Source: Christensenella sp. UBA3798
Lineage (GTDB): Bacteria; Bacillota; Clostridia; Christensenellales; CAG-1252
Length of the DNA stretch: 62,411 nucleotides
Assembly: GCA_002368735.1 (NCBI GenBank)
Contig: DFEQ01000029.1
Span: 1 to 62,411 of the forward strand
Direction: 5' to 3'
Both the position numbers and the translations under genes were made by a program. The notes beneath the pieces are model-generated. The model saw nothing but the letters and a program-made list of their open reading frames with translations. It made no database searches and was not told where the DNA came from. Numbering within the stretch: the first letter of the stretch is position 1; each line of letters begins with the position of its first letter. This document shows, piece after piece, positions 8,216-16,578 of this stretch.

Positions 8216-9270
8216 TGAGTATCGAGATCGCAAAGAAGCTCGCAGACTATATCGTCAGGACCAAGGACCCCCACATGCGTTGGACGTGGGGACAGGGCAT
8301 TATGGGCGCCGCTTTCGACGACCTCGATGCCTATCTCGGCACGGAGAATTACACTCCCTTCCTTCGGGCTTTCTGTGATCATTACGTCAAGCACGAGCCC
8401 ACCGTCGATTCGGCGGATACCGCCGCGCCCGGCTTTATCACCTACGCGGTGTATCGTCGCACGGGCGAAGCGCAGTACAAGGCGCTCACCGACAAAGTGC
8501 TCGATTATATCAAGCACGAGCCTCGCGTCTACAAAGACGCCGTCAATCACCTCGGCAGGCATTGGGTCGCGAAGATATATCCCGATTCCATTTGGGTGGA
8601 TAGCTTGATGATGTTCTCGGTCTTTCCCGCGCGCTACGCCGCAGAGGAGGGGGACAAAGAGCTCCTCGAAGTGGCTGCCCGTCAGCCCGCCCTCTACGCC
8701 GACTGCATGATGGACAAGGACGACCACTTGTGGTATCACAGCTATTGGGTCAAAAGGGGCTCGCACTATCCTAAACGAAAGTATTATTGGGCGAGGGGCA
8801 ACGGCTGGGTCATCTCCGCTCTCCCCAAGATACTCGATTGCATCAGCGATCATCCCGACCGCGAGCGCATTCTCGAAGTATTGCGCCTCACCGTGGACGC
8901 CGTCGTAAAGAAGCAGCATCCCTCGGGCGGGTTCAATACCCTTCTCGGGCGGTGCACTTATCTGGAGTCTTGCGCCACTAGCCTCATTGCGGACGGCATC
9001 TATCACTCGGTGCGTATGGGCTATATCGGCGCCGAGTATCTCCCCTATGCGGAGAAGGCGTACGAATTCGTTCTCTCCTGCATCAAGGAGAAGAAGGACG
9101 GCAGGGTCTTGATGACCAAGATCAGCGGTCCTACCATCCCCGTTCCCGTCATCCCCTATATCGGATACGCTTGGGTGCCGAGGGCAAATAACCTGACCTA
9201 CGGCATAGCGTCCTTCCTGTGGGCGGCGATAGAAAGGGATAAACTGGTCAAAGAGGGCGTGTTGAAATGA
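8215..9270 (+). CDS. GH105-type unsaturated rhamnogalacturonyl/glucuronyl hydrolase (YteR/YesR-like)
   Basis: 351 aa with WARGNGW and other (alpha/alpha)6 GH105-like motifs. 1-nt TAATG overlap with the upstream gene. Confidence 0.7.
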   Translation: MSIEIAKKLADYIVRTKDPHMRWTWGQGIMGAAFDDLDAYLGTENYTPFLRAFCDHYVKHEPTVDSADTAAPGFITYAVYRRTGEAQYKALTDKVLDYIKHEPRVYKDAVNHLGRHWVAKIYPDSIWVDSLMMFSVFPARYAAEEGDKELLEVAARQPALYADCMMDKDDHLWYHSYWVKRGSHYPKRKYYWARGNGWVISALPKILDCISDHPDRERILEVLRLTVDAVVKKQHPSGGFNTLLGRCTYLESCATSLIADGIYHSVRMGYIGAEYLPYAEKAYEFVLSCIKEKKDGRVLMTKISGPTIPVPVIPYIGYAWVPRANNLTYGIASFLWAAIERDKLVKEGVLK

Positions 9271-10028
9271 AGATCTCCCGCTTAAAGATCCCCGAGGGGG
9301 TCGTCTATGCCTCTCTTCGCGAGGACGGCTATCACCTGATCCTCGGCGATATCTTCCACGAATGGGGCGAATTGTCCGAGCCTTACGAGGGTGACTATAC
9401 CCTTTTGCCCCCCGTCAGTCCCACCAAGGTGGTGTGTCTCGGCGCAAACTATAAAAAACACGCGGAGGAACTCTCTCTCGACGTTCTTCCCGAACCCACT
9501 GTCTTTTTGAAACCCGCATCCTCCGTCATAGCCAGCGGGGAGGATATCGTCTATCCCGCTTCGGCGACCAAGGTGGATTACGAGTCCGAGCTCGCCGTCG
9601 TTATCGGCAAGAGGGCAAAGAACGTTAAGGAGGAGGACGCACTATCTTACGTCCTCGGGTACACCGCCGCAAACGACGTGACGGAGCGCAATATGCAGAA
9701 AAGGGACGGGCAGTGGACGCGCGCCAAGAGCTTTGACACCTTCTGTCCACTGGGCGCTTATATCGACACCGAGCTTTCCCCGGACGACCTTGAGATAGTG
9801 GGCAAACGCAACGGCGTCGTCGTTCAGCGCGGGCGCACGCGCGACCTAATAAACAGCGTGGAGAAGTCCATCGCTTTCATCAGCGGTATCATGACCCTCG
9901 AGCCCGGCGACGTTATCTTGACCGGCACGCCCGAAGGGATAGGCGAACTCTCCGTGGGCGACACCTTCGAGGTGGATGTCGCGGGGGCTGTCATGCTCCG
10001 TAATACGGTCATTAAGGAGAAAGTATGA
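9267..10028 (+). CDS. fumarylacetoacetate hydrolase (FAH) family protein
   Basis: 253 aa. FAH-fold motifs (YESELAVVIGK, AKSFDTFCPLG, GTPEGIG). ATGA overlap. Confidence 0.75.
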   Translation: MKISRLKIPEGVVYASLREDGYHLILGDIFHEWGELSEPYEGDYTLLPPVSPTKVVCLGANYKKHAEELSLDVLPEPTVFLKPASSVIASGEDIVYPASATKVDYESELAVVIGKRAKNVKEEDALSYVLGYTAANDVTERNMQKRDGQWTRAKSFDTFCPLGAYIDTELSPDDLEIVGKRNGVVVQRGRTRDLINSVEKSIAFISGIMTLEPGDVILTGTPEGIGELSVGDTFEVDVAGAVMLRNTVIKEKV

Positions 10029-12169
10029 AAAAGAAGTTTTTAGCATTGACCTCTATCATCCTCGTTCTGCTCCTCACTATATCGCTTTGTTTGGTTTCTT
10101 GCTCCGATAGAGAGCAGGAAGTCGAACCTACCGTTACTTCCGACTACGGCAAGTATATCACTGACGGCGAAAAGGATATCTCCATCGGCGTGCTCGCCGA
10201 TATCCACGTGATGGCGGAGGCGCAGGCGGTCAATATGACCTGCGAAGACTTCAAGTCGTGGGAGTCGCACGGGCAAAAGATGCTCGGGCTCTCCGAGAGT
10301 ATCTTGAAGACCACGGTGGATAGGATCATTGCGGAGTCCGACTTTGACGTGGTCCTCGTTTCGGGCGACAATGCGGACGACGGCGGCGAGGTCAGCCATC
10401 GCTTGGTGGCGGCGGAGCTCAAAAGGCTGGAAAACGCAGGAATCAAAGTATATACCATTCCCGGCAACCACGATATCAATAATAAGTCCTATACCTATGC
10501 AAGTGGCAAGGCGGCATTTACGAGTCCCACCACCGAGAAGGAGTTTGCCGAGATTTACAGGGACTTCGGTTACAATTCGACGGACACCTTGGAGTTTTAT
10601 AAGAACTCGGGGTCGAGCGCCGCGGCAAACGACGCTTCGTTCGATATAGGGGATAACCTCTCCTACGTTGCCGACCTCGGCGACAAATATCGCTTGATAG
10701 CGATAGATATGTGCAAGTACGTTTCCGACTACTACTTGACCGACTCCGACGGCAGTTACGCCGCCGCAGGTTATCAGGTGGACGACGAAGGGCGCGTCCT
10801 CGTGGAGGGCAAGCCCTATCCTTTGGTCTCGAGTCGTCACGACGGACATATGACCACAGAGCTCCTCGACTGGGCGGCGGCAAAGACGGCGGAGGCTGTC
10901 GCCGCGGGCAAGATCCCCGTCGGTATGATGCACTTCCCGCTCATACAGCACTTCGGCTCTCTCGTACAGGCGAAGAACGCCGCCGTCAACGAGCCCGACG
11001 AAGAGCGCTACGTTGCGGACGTGCTTGCGGACGCAGGGATGAAATTCATCTTCACAGGGCATATCCACATTCAGGATGACGCCATGTATACTTCCAAGGC
11101 GGGCAATAAGATACTCGATATCAACAGCGCTTCGCTGTGCAATTATCCCACCCCCGTGCGCTACGTCCGCGCCAAGGGCGACGATGTATACGTACGCACC
11201 TGGAATATGAACTACGTGGCGGAAAAGTACCTTCCGTCCTATCTGACCGCCGCGGAGAAGGCAAAGCTCGTCAGCGACCTAAAGAGCTATTCCATAGCTT
11301 ATCTTGACGACAGCATGCTTGCAAAAATCAAGAACACGGTGGACTTGGACCTCGTCTACACCATGCTTTCCAAGCTCGGTGTGAAGAAGAACGGGACGAA
11401 CGACGCTGCCGTCACGGCGCTTGCCACAGGGATCTATAACGACGTGATCATGCGTTTCTTCAAGCTCCCCATGTACGAGAAGGACGCCAAGGGCGGCTTA
11501 TCGGTGGAGGGCGCGGCGAAAGCCTACGGCATCACGATTCCCGACTCTGAGTATACCGACGTATTTAATCTCGCAATGAGTTTCGTTGCGGGGCTGTACG
11601 GCGGCGATGAAAAGCTCGCTTCGGACGATAAGCGCATCGATCTGTTGAAGTATTCTATCTATGCCGCGTTCAAGCTCATTGCGGATTACGACCTCTTTGC
11701 GAAGATAAAAGCGGTCAATCCCGATTTCGCCACCATCGACCTCTCCGAAGCGGTTCCCGACCTCTATCGCTACGACGCCCTCGACGTGTGCAACGACAAT
11801 CTGCTCGTGGGTTTGGTCAGTTCGCTCCAGATCAAGGCGATCAAGACCTATCTGAACTACGACGAGAATAAAGACCCCTTCGATGCTCTTTCGGGGATCG
11901 TGAACCTTTCGGGGACGCTCGGTCCGTTGCTCAAAGGCTTTAACGTTTCGTCGTATATCGGCGTGAATAAGAAAGAGAAGACGGGTGATATCTTCCTCGG
12001 TGACCTTATTGAGGAGAATATCGCGTCCGAGCTGCTCCTCGGCTTGACCAACGACAGCTTGGAAGATGGCAGCACCTATGACTATTTGGACGGTTCGACG
12101 GACAGCGCGCCCGCCGATAACTGTTTGAAATTCAATTTGACTACGATGGCGTATTCAGCGCTCAAATAG
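10025..12169 (+). CDS. calcineurin-like metallophosphoesterase, predicted lipoprotein
   Basis: 714 aa. Signal peptide with lipobox LVSC. Motifs GVLADIHV, SGDNADDGG, IPGNHD, GHIH. ATGA overlap. Confidence 0.7.
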   Translation: MKKKFLALTSIILVLLLTISLCLVSCSDREQEVEPTVTSDYGKYITDGEKDISIGVLADIHVMAEAQAVNMTCEDFKSWESHGQKMLGLSESILKTTVDRIIAESDFDVVLVSGDNADDGGEVSHRLVAAELKRLENAGIKVYTIPGNHDINNKSYTYASGKAAFTSPTTEKEFAEIYRDFGYNSTDTLEFYKNSGSSAAANDASFDIGDNLSYVADLGDKYRLIAIDMCKYVSDYYLTDSDGSYAAAGYQVDDEGRVLVEGKPYPLVSSRHDGHMTTELLDWAAAKTAEAVAAGKIPVGMMHFPLIQHFGSLVQAKNAAVNEPDEERYVADVLADAGMKFIFTGHIHIQDDAMYTSKAGNKILDINSASLCNYPTPVRYVRAKGDDVYVRTWNMNYVAEKYLPSYLTAAEKAKLVSDLKSYSIAYLDDSMLAKIKNTVDLDLVYTMLSKLGVKKNGTNDAAVTALATGIYNDVIMRFFKLPMYEKDAKGGLSVEGAAKAYGITIPDSEYTDVFNLAMSFVAGLYGGDEKLASDDKRIDLLKYSIYAAFKLIADYDLFAKIKAVNPDFATIDLSEAVPDLYRYDALDVCNDNLLVGLVSSLQIKAIKTYLNYDENKDPFDALSGIVNLSGTLGPLLKGFNVSSYIGVNKKEKTGDIFLGDLIEENIASELLLGLTNDSLEDGSTYDYLDGSTDSAPADNCLKFNLTTMAYSALK

Positions 12170-12177
12170 GAGGACTT

Positions 12178-13284
12178 ATGAAAATACTCAAAACCATACT
12201 TATCGTGATTTTTGCGCTTCTCTTTGCTTTAAGCGGCGGGTTGCTCGTGTATTCGGCGATCAATCCCCCCACAGAACTGGAGAAGGAGAAGATCGTCATC
12301 GGCGGAGCCCCCGCGCTTTCCCTGTACGAAGGCGGGAAAGCCACTTATGACGTAAAGGCGATCGAAGAGGACGAGGACCTCGCCCCCGAAAAGAAGGCTA
12401 CCGACATCATGGTGCAGACGGTGTATAACCTCATCAATATCAAACAGTTCTTCTTCAATGCGCGTGTGGACGTCGAGGCGGCGTCCAGCTGGGCGTTCTC
12501 CGATTACCATTACACCAAGAACGGCTTGGATAACTTCAAGAGGGCGCAGGCGTATACCGGTAGTTTGAATACCTTCGTATTGAGAAGCTACTATGGCGAC
12601 CAGAGGTTTGAAAAGAGCGGTATGAGCGATTACGACTTCGACAAGGAAAGCTGGAGCTATACTGCTACCTTGAAGTCCGGCGTTGAAGAATCTAAGGATA
12701 GGAGCAAGGACGACGAGACTCCGTATTTCTATTACGGCACCCTCGACTTCCCGCTTGACTTCGGCGGCGTGAAGGCAAAGTGGATCAAGGAAGGGCGCAG
12801 CGAAGCCATCGACTATACCATGATAGATGCCGCGAGCGTGAAGATCGAGGACAGCGAGGAAGGATACTTCACCTTGTCCTTCAACTGCAATGTCGCCGCA
12901 TTGAACGCATCCGAGGAGACCAAGCTCCGCTTGTCCAACACGACCACCGATGGCAGGATGGAGAATATCGTCTTTACCGACTTCACCGTTACGGCGGAGG
13001 TATGGAAGGACTCGGGCGTCTTCCGCACCCTTCACTACGTTACCAACGTGCACGCCTCTCTCAGCGGCAAGTCCGGCAACTCCTTGATCGAGAAGACCAT
13101 GAAGTTCAGCTACGACGACGAGAATTGCAGCATTGCCAAAAAGATCACGACAGAACAATACTTCTATGACAATCTCAACGCCGCCAACAAGAAGGCGTGC
13201 GACGATGAGGTCGCAGCGCTTGCGGCGGCTGCCGCTGAAAAGGCGGACAAGGCGGCTAAGCAAGACAAGGACGACGAGGAATAA
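12178..13284 (+). CDS. hypothetical N-terminally membrane-anchored extracytoplasmic protein
   Basis: 368 aa with an N-terminal TM helix and an A/K/D/E-rich tail. RBS AGGAGG. Family not recognised. Confidence 0.55.
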   Translation: MKILKTILIVIFALLFALSGGLLVYSAINPPTELEKEKIVIGGAPALSLYEGGKATYDVKAIEEDEDLAPEKKATDIMVQTVYNLINIKQFFFNARVDVEAASSWAFSDYHYTKNGLDNFKRAQAYTGSLNTFVLRSYYGDQRFEKSGMSDYDFDKESWSYTATLKSGVEESKDRSKDDETPYFYYGTLDFPLDFGGVKAKWIKEGRSEAIDYTMIDAASVKIEDSEEGYFTLSFNCNVAALNASEETKLRLSNTTTDGRMENIVFTDFTVTAEVWKDSGVFRTLHYVTNVHASLSGKSGNSLIEKTMKFSYDDENCSIAKKITTEQYFYDNLNAANKKACDDEVAALAAAAAEKADKAAKQDKDDEE

Positions 13285-13305
13285 AATAGCAAGAGGAAAG
13301 GATAT

Positions 13306-14691
13306 ATGAACAACGTTTTACTCACTAATTCTACAGCAAAGAAACTCTACAAATACGTCAGAAGCTTCCCGATCTTCGACTACCATTGCCACCTCTCGGT
13401 GAAGGAGATGTACGAGAACAAGCCCTACAACAATCTGACCGAAATATGGCTCAAAGGCGACCACTACAAGTGGCGTCAGATGCGCACCTTCGGCGTAGCC
13501 GAAGAGTTCATAACGGGGGACGCGTCGGACTGGGATAAATTCTATAATTACATCGCGATGCTCGAGACCGCCGTGGGCAACCCCCTCTATCTGTGGTCGG
13601 CGTTTGAGCTGGAATTCTATTTCGGCATCAAGTATCCCTTGACCCGCACCTATGCAAAGAAGATATGGGACAAGGCGAACGCCGTGATCGAGAAGACGCA
13701 GTTCTCTCCCTTGACCGCCATCGGCATGTCCAACGTGGATACCGTCTGCACGACGGAGGAGATATTCTGCGACCTCCAATATCATCGTCTGCTCCGCAAT
13801 CGCGCCGAGATAAAGACCAAGATCCTCCCCGCCTTCCGAGGCGACCGCGCCATCAATATCGACAGCCCCGAGTTCATCAAGAATATCGAGAAGCTCGCCG
13901 GGGTGGCTAATTTCGGCATTCGCTCGCTCGAAGATATGGAAGACGCCCTTCGTCAGCGCCTGGACGCCTTCAAGGAAGCAGGGGCTGTGACCTCTGACTT
14001 CGCCATAGAAGGACTCAATTATTTCCGCGCATCCCGCGAGGATGCGGACGCCGTGTTCCGCGCCGCTCTCAAGGGAGAAGTTAGGGACGTGGATACCTAC
14101 AAGAGCTATATGATACGCTTCCTTTTGACCGAGTGCTATAAGAGGGGTTTCAGCGTACAGCTCCATATCGGCGCAATGCGTAATAACAATACCGCGATGA
14201 ATATGCGCTTGGGTGCGGATACCGGCTTTGACTCTATCTCGACCGAGAAGTATCAGACGGGCTTAAAGAACCTCTTGGACGACCTCAATATGTCGGGCGT
14301 CCTCGGCAAGACCATCATCTTTAACCTCAACCCCGCGGACAACGCCTACGTCGGCACCTTGATAGGTTGCTATCAGGGCAGTGAGGACGGCGTGAAAGGG
14401 AAGATGCAGATGGGTGCCGCCTGGTGGTTCAACGACACCAAGAACGGCATTCTCAACCACTTCAAGGCGCTTTCCGAGCTGTCGCACTTCGGCTCCTTCC
14501 TCGGGATGCTGACCGACAGTCGCAGCTTTATCTCCTACACCCGCCACGATTATTTCCGCAGGCTGATGTGCTCCTACGTCGGCGAACTTGCCGAAAAGGG
14601 AGAGTTTACCAAGGATTGGGACGTTCTCAAAAAAGTTGTCGGCGACGTTGCGTACGAGAACGCCAAGCGCTATTTCGCCATTTTTGAATAA
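13306..14691 (+). CDS. uxaC: glucuronate (uronate) isomerase
   Basis: 461 aa. UxaC hallmarks (FPIFDYHCHL, WLKGDHYKWR, QLHIGAMRN). Confidence 0.9.
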   Translation: MNNVLLTNSTAKKLYKYVRSFPIFDYHCHLSVKEMYENKPYNNLTEIWLKGDHYKWRQMRTFGVAEEFITGDASDWDKFYNYIAMLETAVGNPLYLWSAFELEFYFGIKYPLTRTYAKKIWDKANAVIEKTQFSPLTAIGMSNVDTVCTTEEIFCDLQYHRLLRNRAEIKTKILPAFRGDRAINIDSPEFIKNIEKLAGVANFGIRSLEDMEDALRQRLDAFKEAGAVTSDFAIEGLNYFRASREDADAVFRAALKGEVRDVDTYKSYMIRFLLTECYKRGFSVQLHIGAMRNNNTAMNMRLGADTGFDSISTEKYQTGLKNLLDDLNMSGVLGKTIIFNLNPADNAYVGTLIGCYQGSEDGVKGKMQMGAAWWFNDTKNGILNHFKALSELSHFGSFLGMLTDSRSFISYTRHDYFRRLMCSYVGELAEKGEFTKDWDVLKKVVGDVAYENAKRYFAIFE

Positions 14692-14730
14692 TTCCGAAAT
14701 ATCCGCGTATCACAAAGATTTTTTGCAAAG

Positions 14731-14765
14731 AGTCGCATGGGGTGAGCCCCGTGCGACTTTTTATT
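14731..14765 (+). terminator. intrinsic terminator after uxaC
   Basis: AGTCGCATGGGG-tgag-CCCCGTGCGACT (12 bp including one G.U pair) followed by TTTTTAT. Confidence 0.75.
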
Positions 14766-14823
14766 GCCCCGCGTAGTCATCGTCGCCACGCTGCACGTCG
14801 CATGTTCTCAAAAAAATTTATAC

Positions 14824-14853
14824 TTTACAAATTGACGCTTATTATGCTATAAT
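14824..14853 (+). promoter_or_regulatory. promoter candidate for the GPH transporter gene
   Basis: TTTACA (14824-14829), an 18-nt spacer ending in TGc, then TATAAT (14848-14853). Confidence 0.45.
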
Positions 14854-14924
14854 TTAAATACTTATTATTATGCATATGTGCGCGCATTGCAGCCGCATAC
14901 GCGTAGACACGGAAGGAGTAACGA

Positions 14925-16511
14925 ATGGAAAACGTCGCCACTGCTGAAAACCCCGCTGTTATCGAACCCAAGAAGAAAGGCCTTTTTAAGAACCGTACCC
15001 CCGAGCAAGCTACGATATCCTCTATCGTCAGTTTCTGCGGCTCCACCTTCTTTTCAAGGAGTATAGGCGAGCTCATCGCTTCCTATTTCACCCTCTTCTT
15101 GACCGACTTCATGTTGATCCCGACGGTGCAGATCACCGTCCTGATGCTCGTTACGAGGATCATCGACGCCTTCACCGACCCCATCGCGGGCGCTATCGTC
15201 GATATCACCAAGTCGCGTTGGGGCAAGTCAAGGCCGTACGTCTTGTTCGGCTCGTTCCCGCTTGCCATCTTTACCGTGCTCCTCTTCTCGGTCCCCAATA
15301 TCAGTATCATGGGTAGGCTGGTCTATACCTACGTCATCTATATCGGGTACGGCTTGGCGCAGACGATATTCTCGGTGCCTCTCGCCACCTTGAGTATGTC
15401 CATCAGCGCCGATCCCAAGGAGAGAAAGAACATCTATACGATCTCCGGCTTCATGGGAACGCTCGGGACGGCTATCCCGGGCGCGGTGCCCATCATCTTC
15501 CAATACATCGCCACCAGCCATGCCGCGCAGGAGACGGCGTATTTCCTCATCGCGATGGTCATCGGCGTGGGCACGCTCGTCTTCGGCATCCTTTCCTTTG
15601 TCACGATGAAGGAAAAGGTCGTCGGCATCCAAACGGTGAAGAAGGAGAAGGTCAAGCTCGGCAAGAATATCAAGGCTCTCTTTAAGAACCGTCCTTTGAT
15701 CTGCGTATTCCTTTCCAGCGTTGCCATCTCGCTTCGTTCCATGGGTTACGGCGCGATGATCTACTTCTTTAAGGAAACGATGGCGAACTACGCGCTCGCC
15801 ACCTTCACGGGTATCGGCAGCTCCATTCCGTCCTATATATTCATGGCGCTCGTTCCCTTCCTTGCCAAACGAATATCGCCGCGTAACCTATGTATCATGG
15901 GTTATGCGTATAACGCGCTGATGTACCTACTGTTCTTCTTTGCGGGATATTCCAGCGTGTTCTGGGTGGCATTCTTCTTTATCGTTTCGGGCGTGCCCAA
16001 CGGTATGATAGGCACCTGTACCACCATCATCGTCGCAGACTCGGTCGACTATATGGAGTGGAGGACAGGCGTCAGGTCGGAAGGCTTGGTGTGGAGTATC
16101 AACGGACTAAAGACCAAGGCGTCCAGCACCCTTTCGGGTATGTGGCTCCCCATCGGTCTCAGCATCATCGGTTACCACGTCGCGGCGGCGAATTCCGAGC
16201 TCGTTATCCAGTCGGACGCCACCAAGCAGGGTCTTTTCTACCTCGTTACGCTCGCACCTCTCGCAGGTTCAGTTTTGGCGATCATCCCGCTCCTCTTCGA
16301 CAACTTCTACGGCAAGAAGCGTGACGAAATATTCGCCGAGCTCGAATCGCGTCGTAAGGCAGCCATCGAAGAAGCCAAAGCTCTTGAGGACGCCAAGGCA
16401 GGCGAGGGCGCTCTCGTGGGCGCCGGCGCAGAGGGCGGTGAGGTGGTTATCTCCGCAGACAGCGCCGACGAGGTCACTGCGCCGAGCGAAGACGACAAGC
16501 CGAACGACTGA
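14925..16511 (+). CDS. glycoside-pentoside-hexuronide (GPH)/MFS cation symporter
   Basis: 528 aa with about 12 TM segments. GPH-type motif (RIIDAFTDPIAGAIVD..SRWGKSRPY). Acidic C-terminal tail. Confidence 0.75.
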   Translation: MENVATAENPAVIEPKKKGLFKNRTPEQATISSIVSFCGSTFFSRSIGELIASYFTLFLTDFMLIPTVQITVLMLVTRIIDAFTDPIAGAIVDITKSRWGKSRPYVLFGSFPLAIFTVLLFSVPNISIMGRLVYTYVIYIGYGLAQTIFSVPLATLSMSISADPKERKNIYTISGFMGTLGTAIPGAVPIIFQYIATSHAAQETAYFLIAMVIGVGTLVFGILSFVTMKEKVVGIQTVKKEKVKLGKNIKALFKNRPLICVFLSSVAISLRSMGYGAMIYFFKETMANYALATFTGIGSSIPSYIFMALVPFLAKRISPRNLCIMGYAYNALMYLLFFFAGYSSVFWVAFFFIVSGVPNGMIGTCTTIIVADSVDYMEWRTGVRSEGLVWSINGLKTKASSTLSGMWLPIGLSIIGYHVAAANSELVIQSDATKQGLFYLVTLAPLAGSVLAIIPLLFDNFYGKKRDEIFAELESRRKAAIEEAKALEDAKAGEGALVGAGAEGGEVVISADSADEVTAPSEDDKPND

Positions 16512-16578
16512 TATCTGTTATTCCGTCCCCTGTGGAGCGCCGCTTTGCAGGGGATGTTATCAATAGGAGGGTTTTACC

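Noticed and set aside
5325-9006. Minus-strand ORFs 5325-6659, 6529-7461, 7445-8233 and 8194-9006 across the uronate operon.
   Set aside because: They are antisense shadows of well-recognised plus-strand genes (kdgK, kduI, TIM barrel, GH105), with A/D/G/R/V/H-rich composition.
16520-16560. The stem TCCCCTG...CAGGGGA after the GPH transporter gene.
   Set aside because: The stem is only 7 bp, the loop is about 15 nt and no U-tract follows. This is not convincing as an intrinsic terminator.
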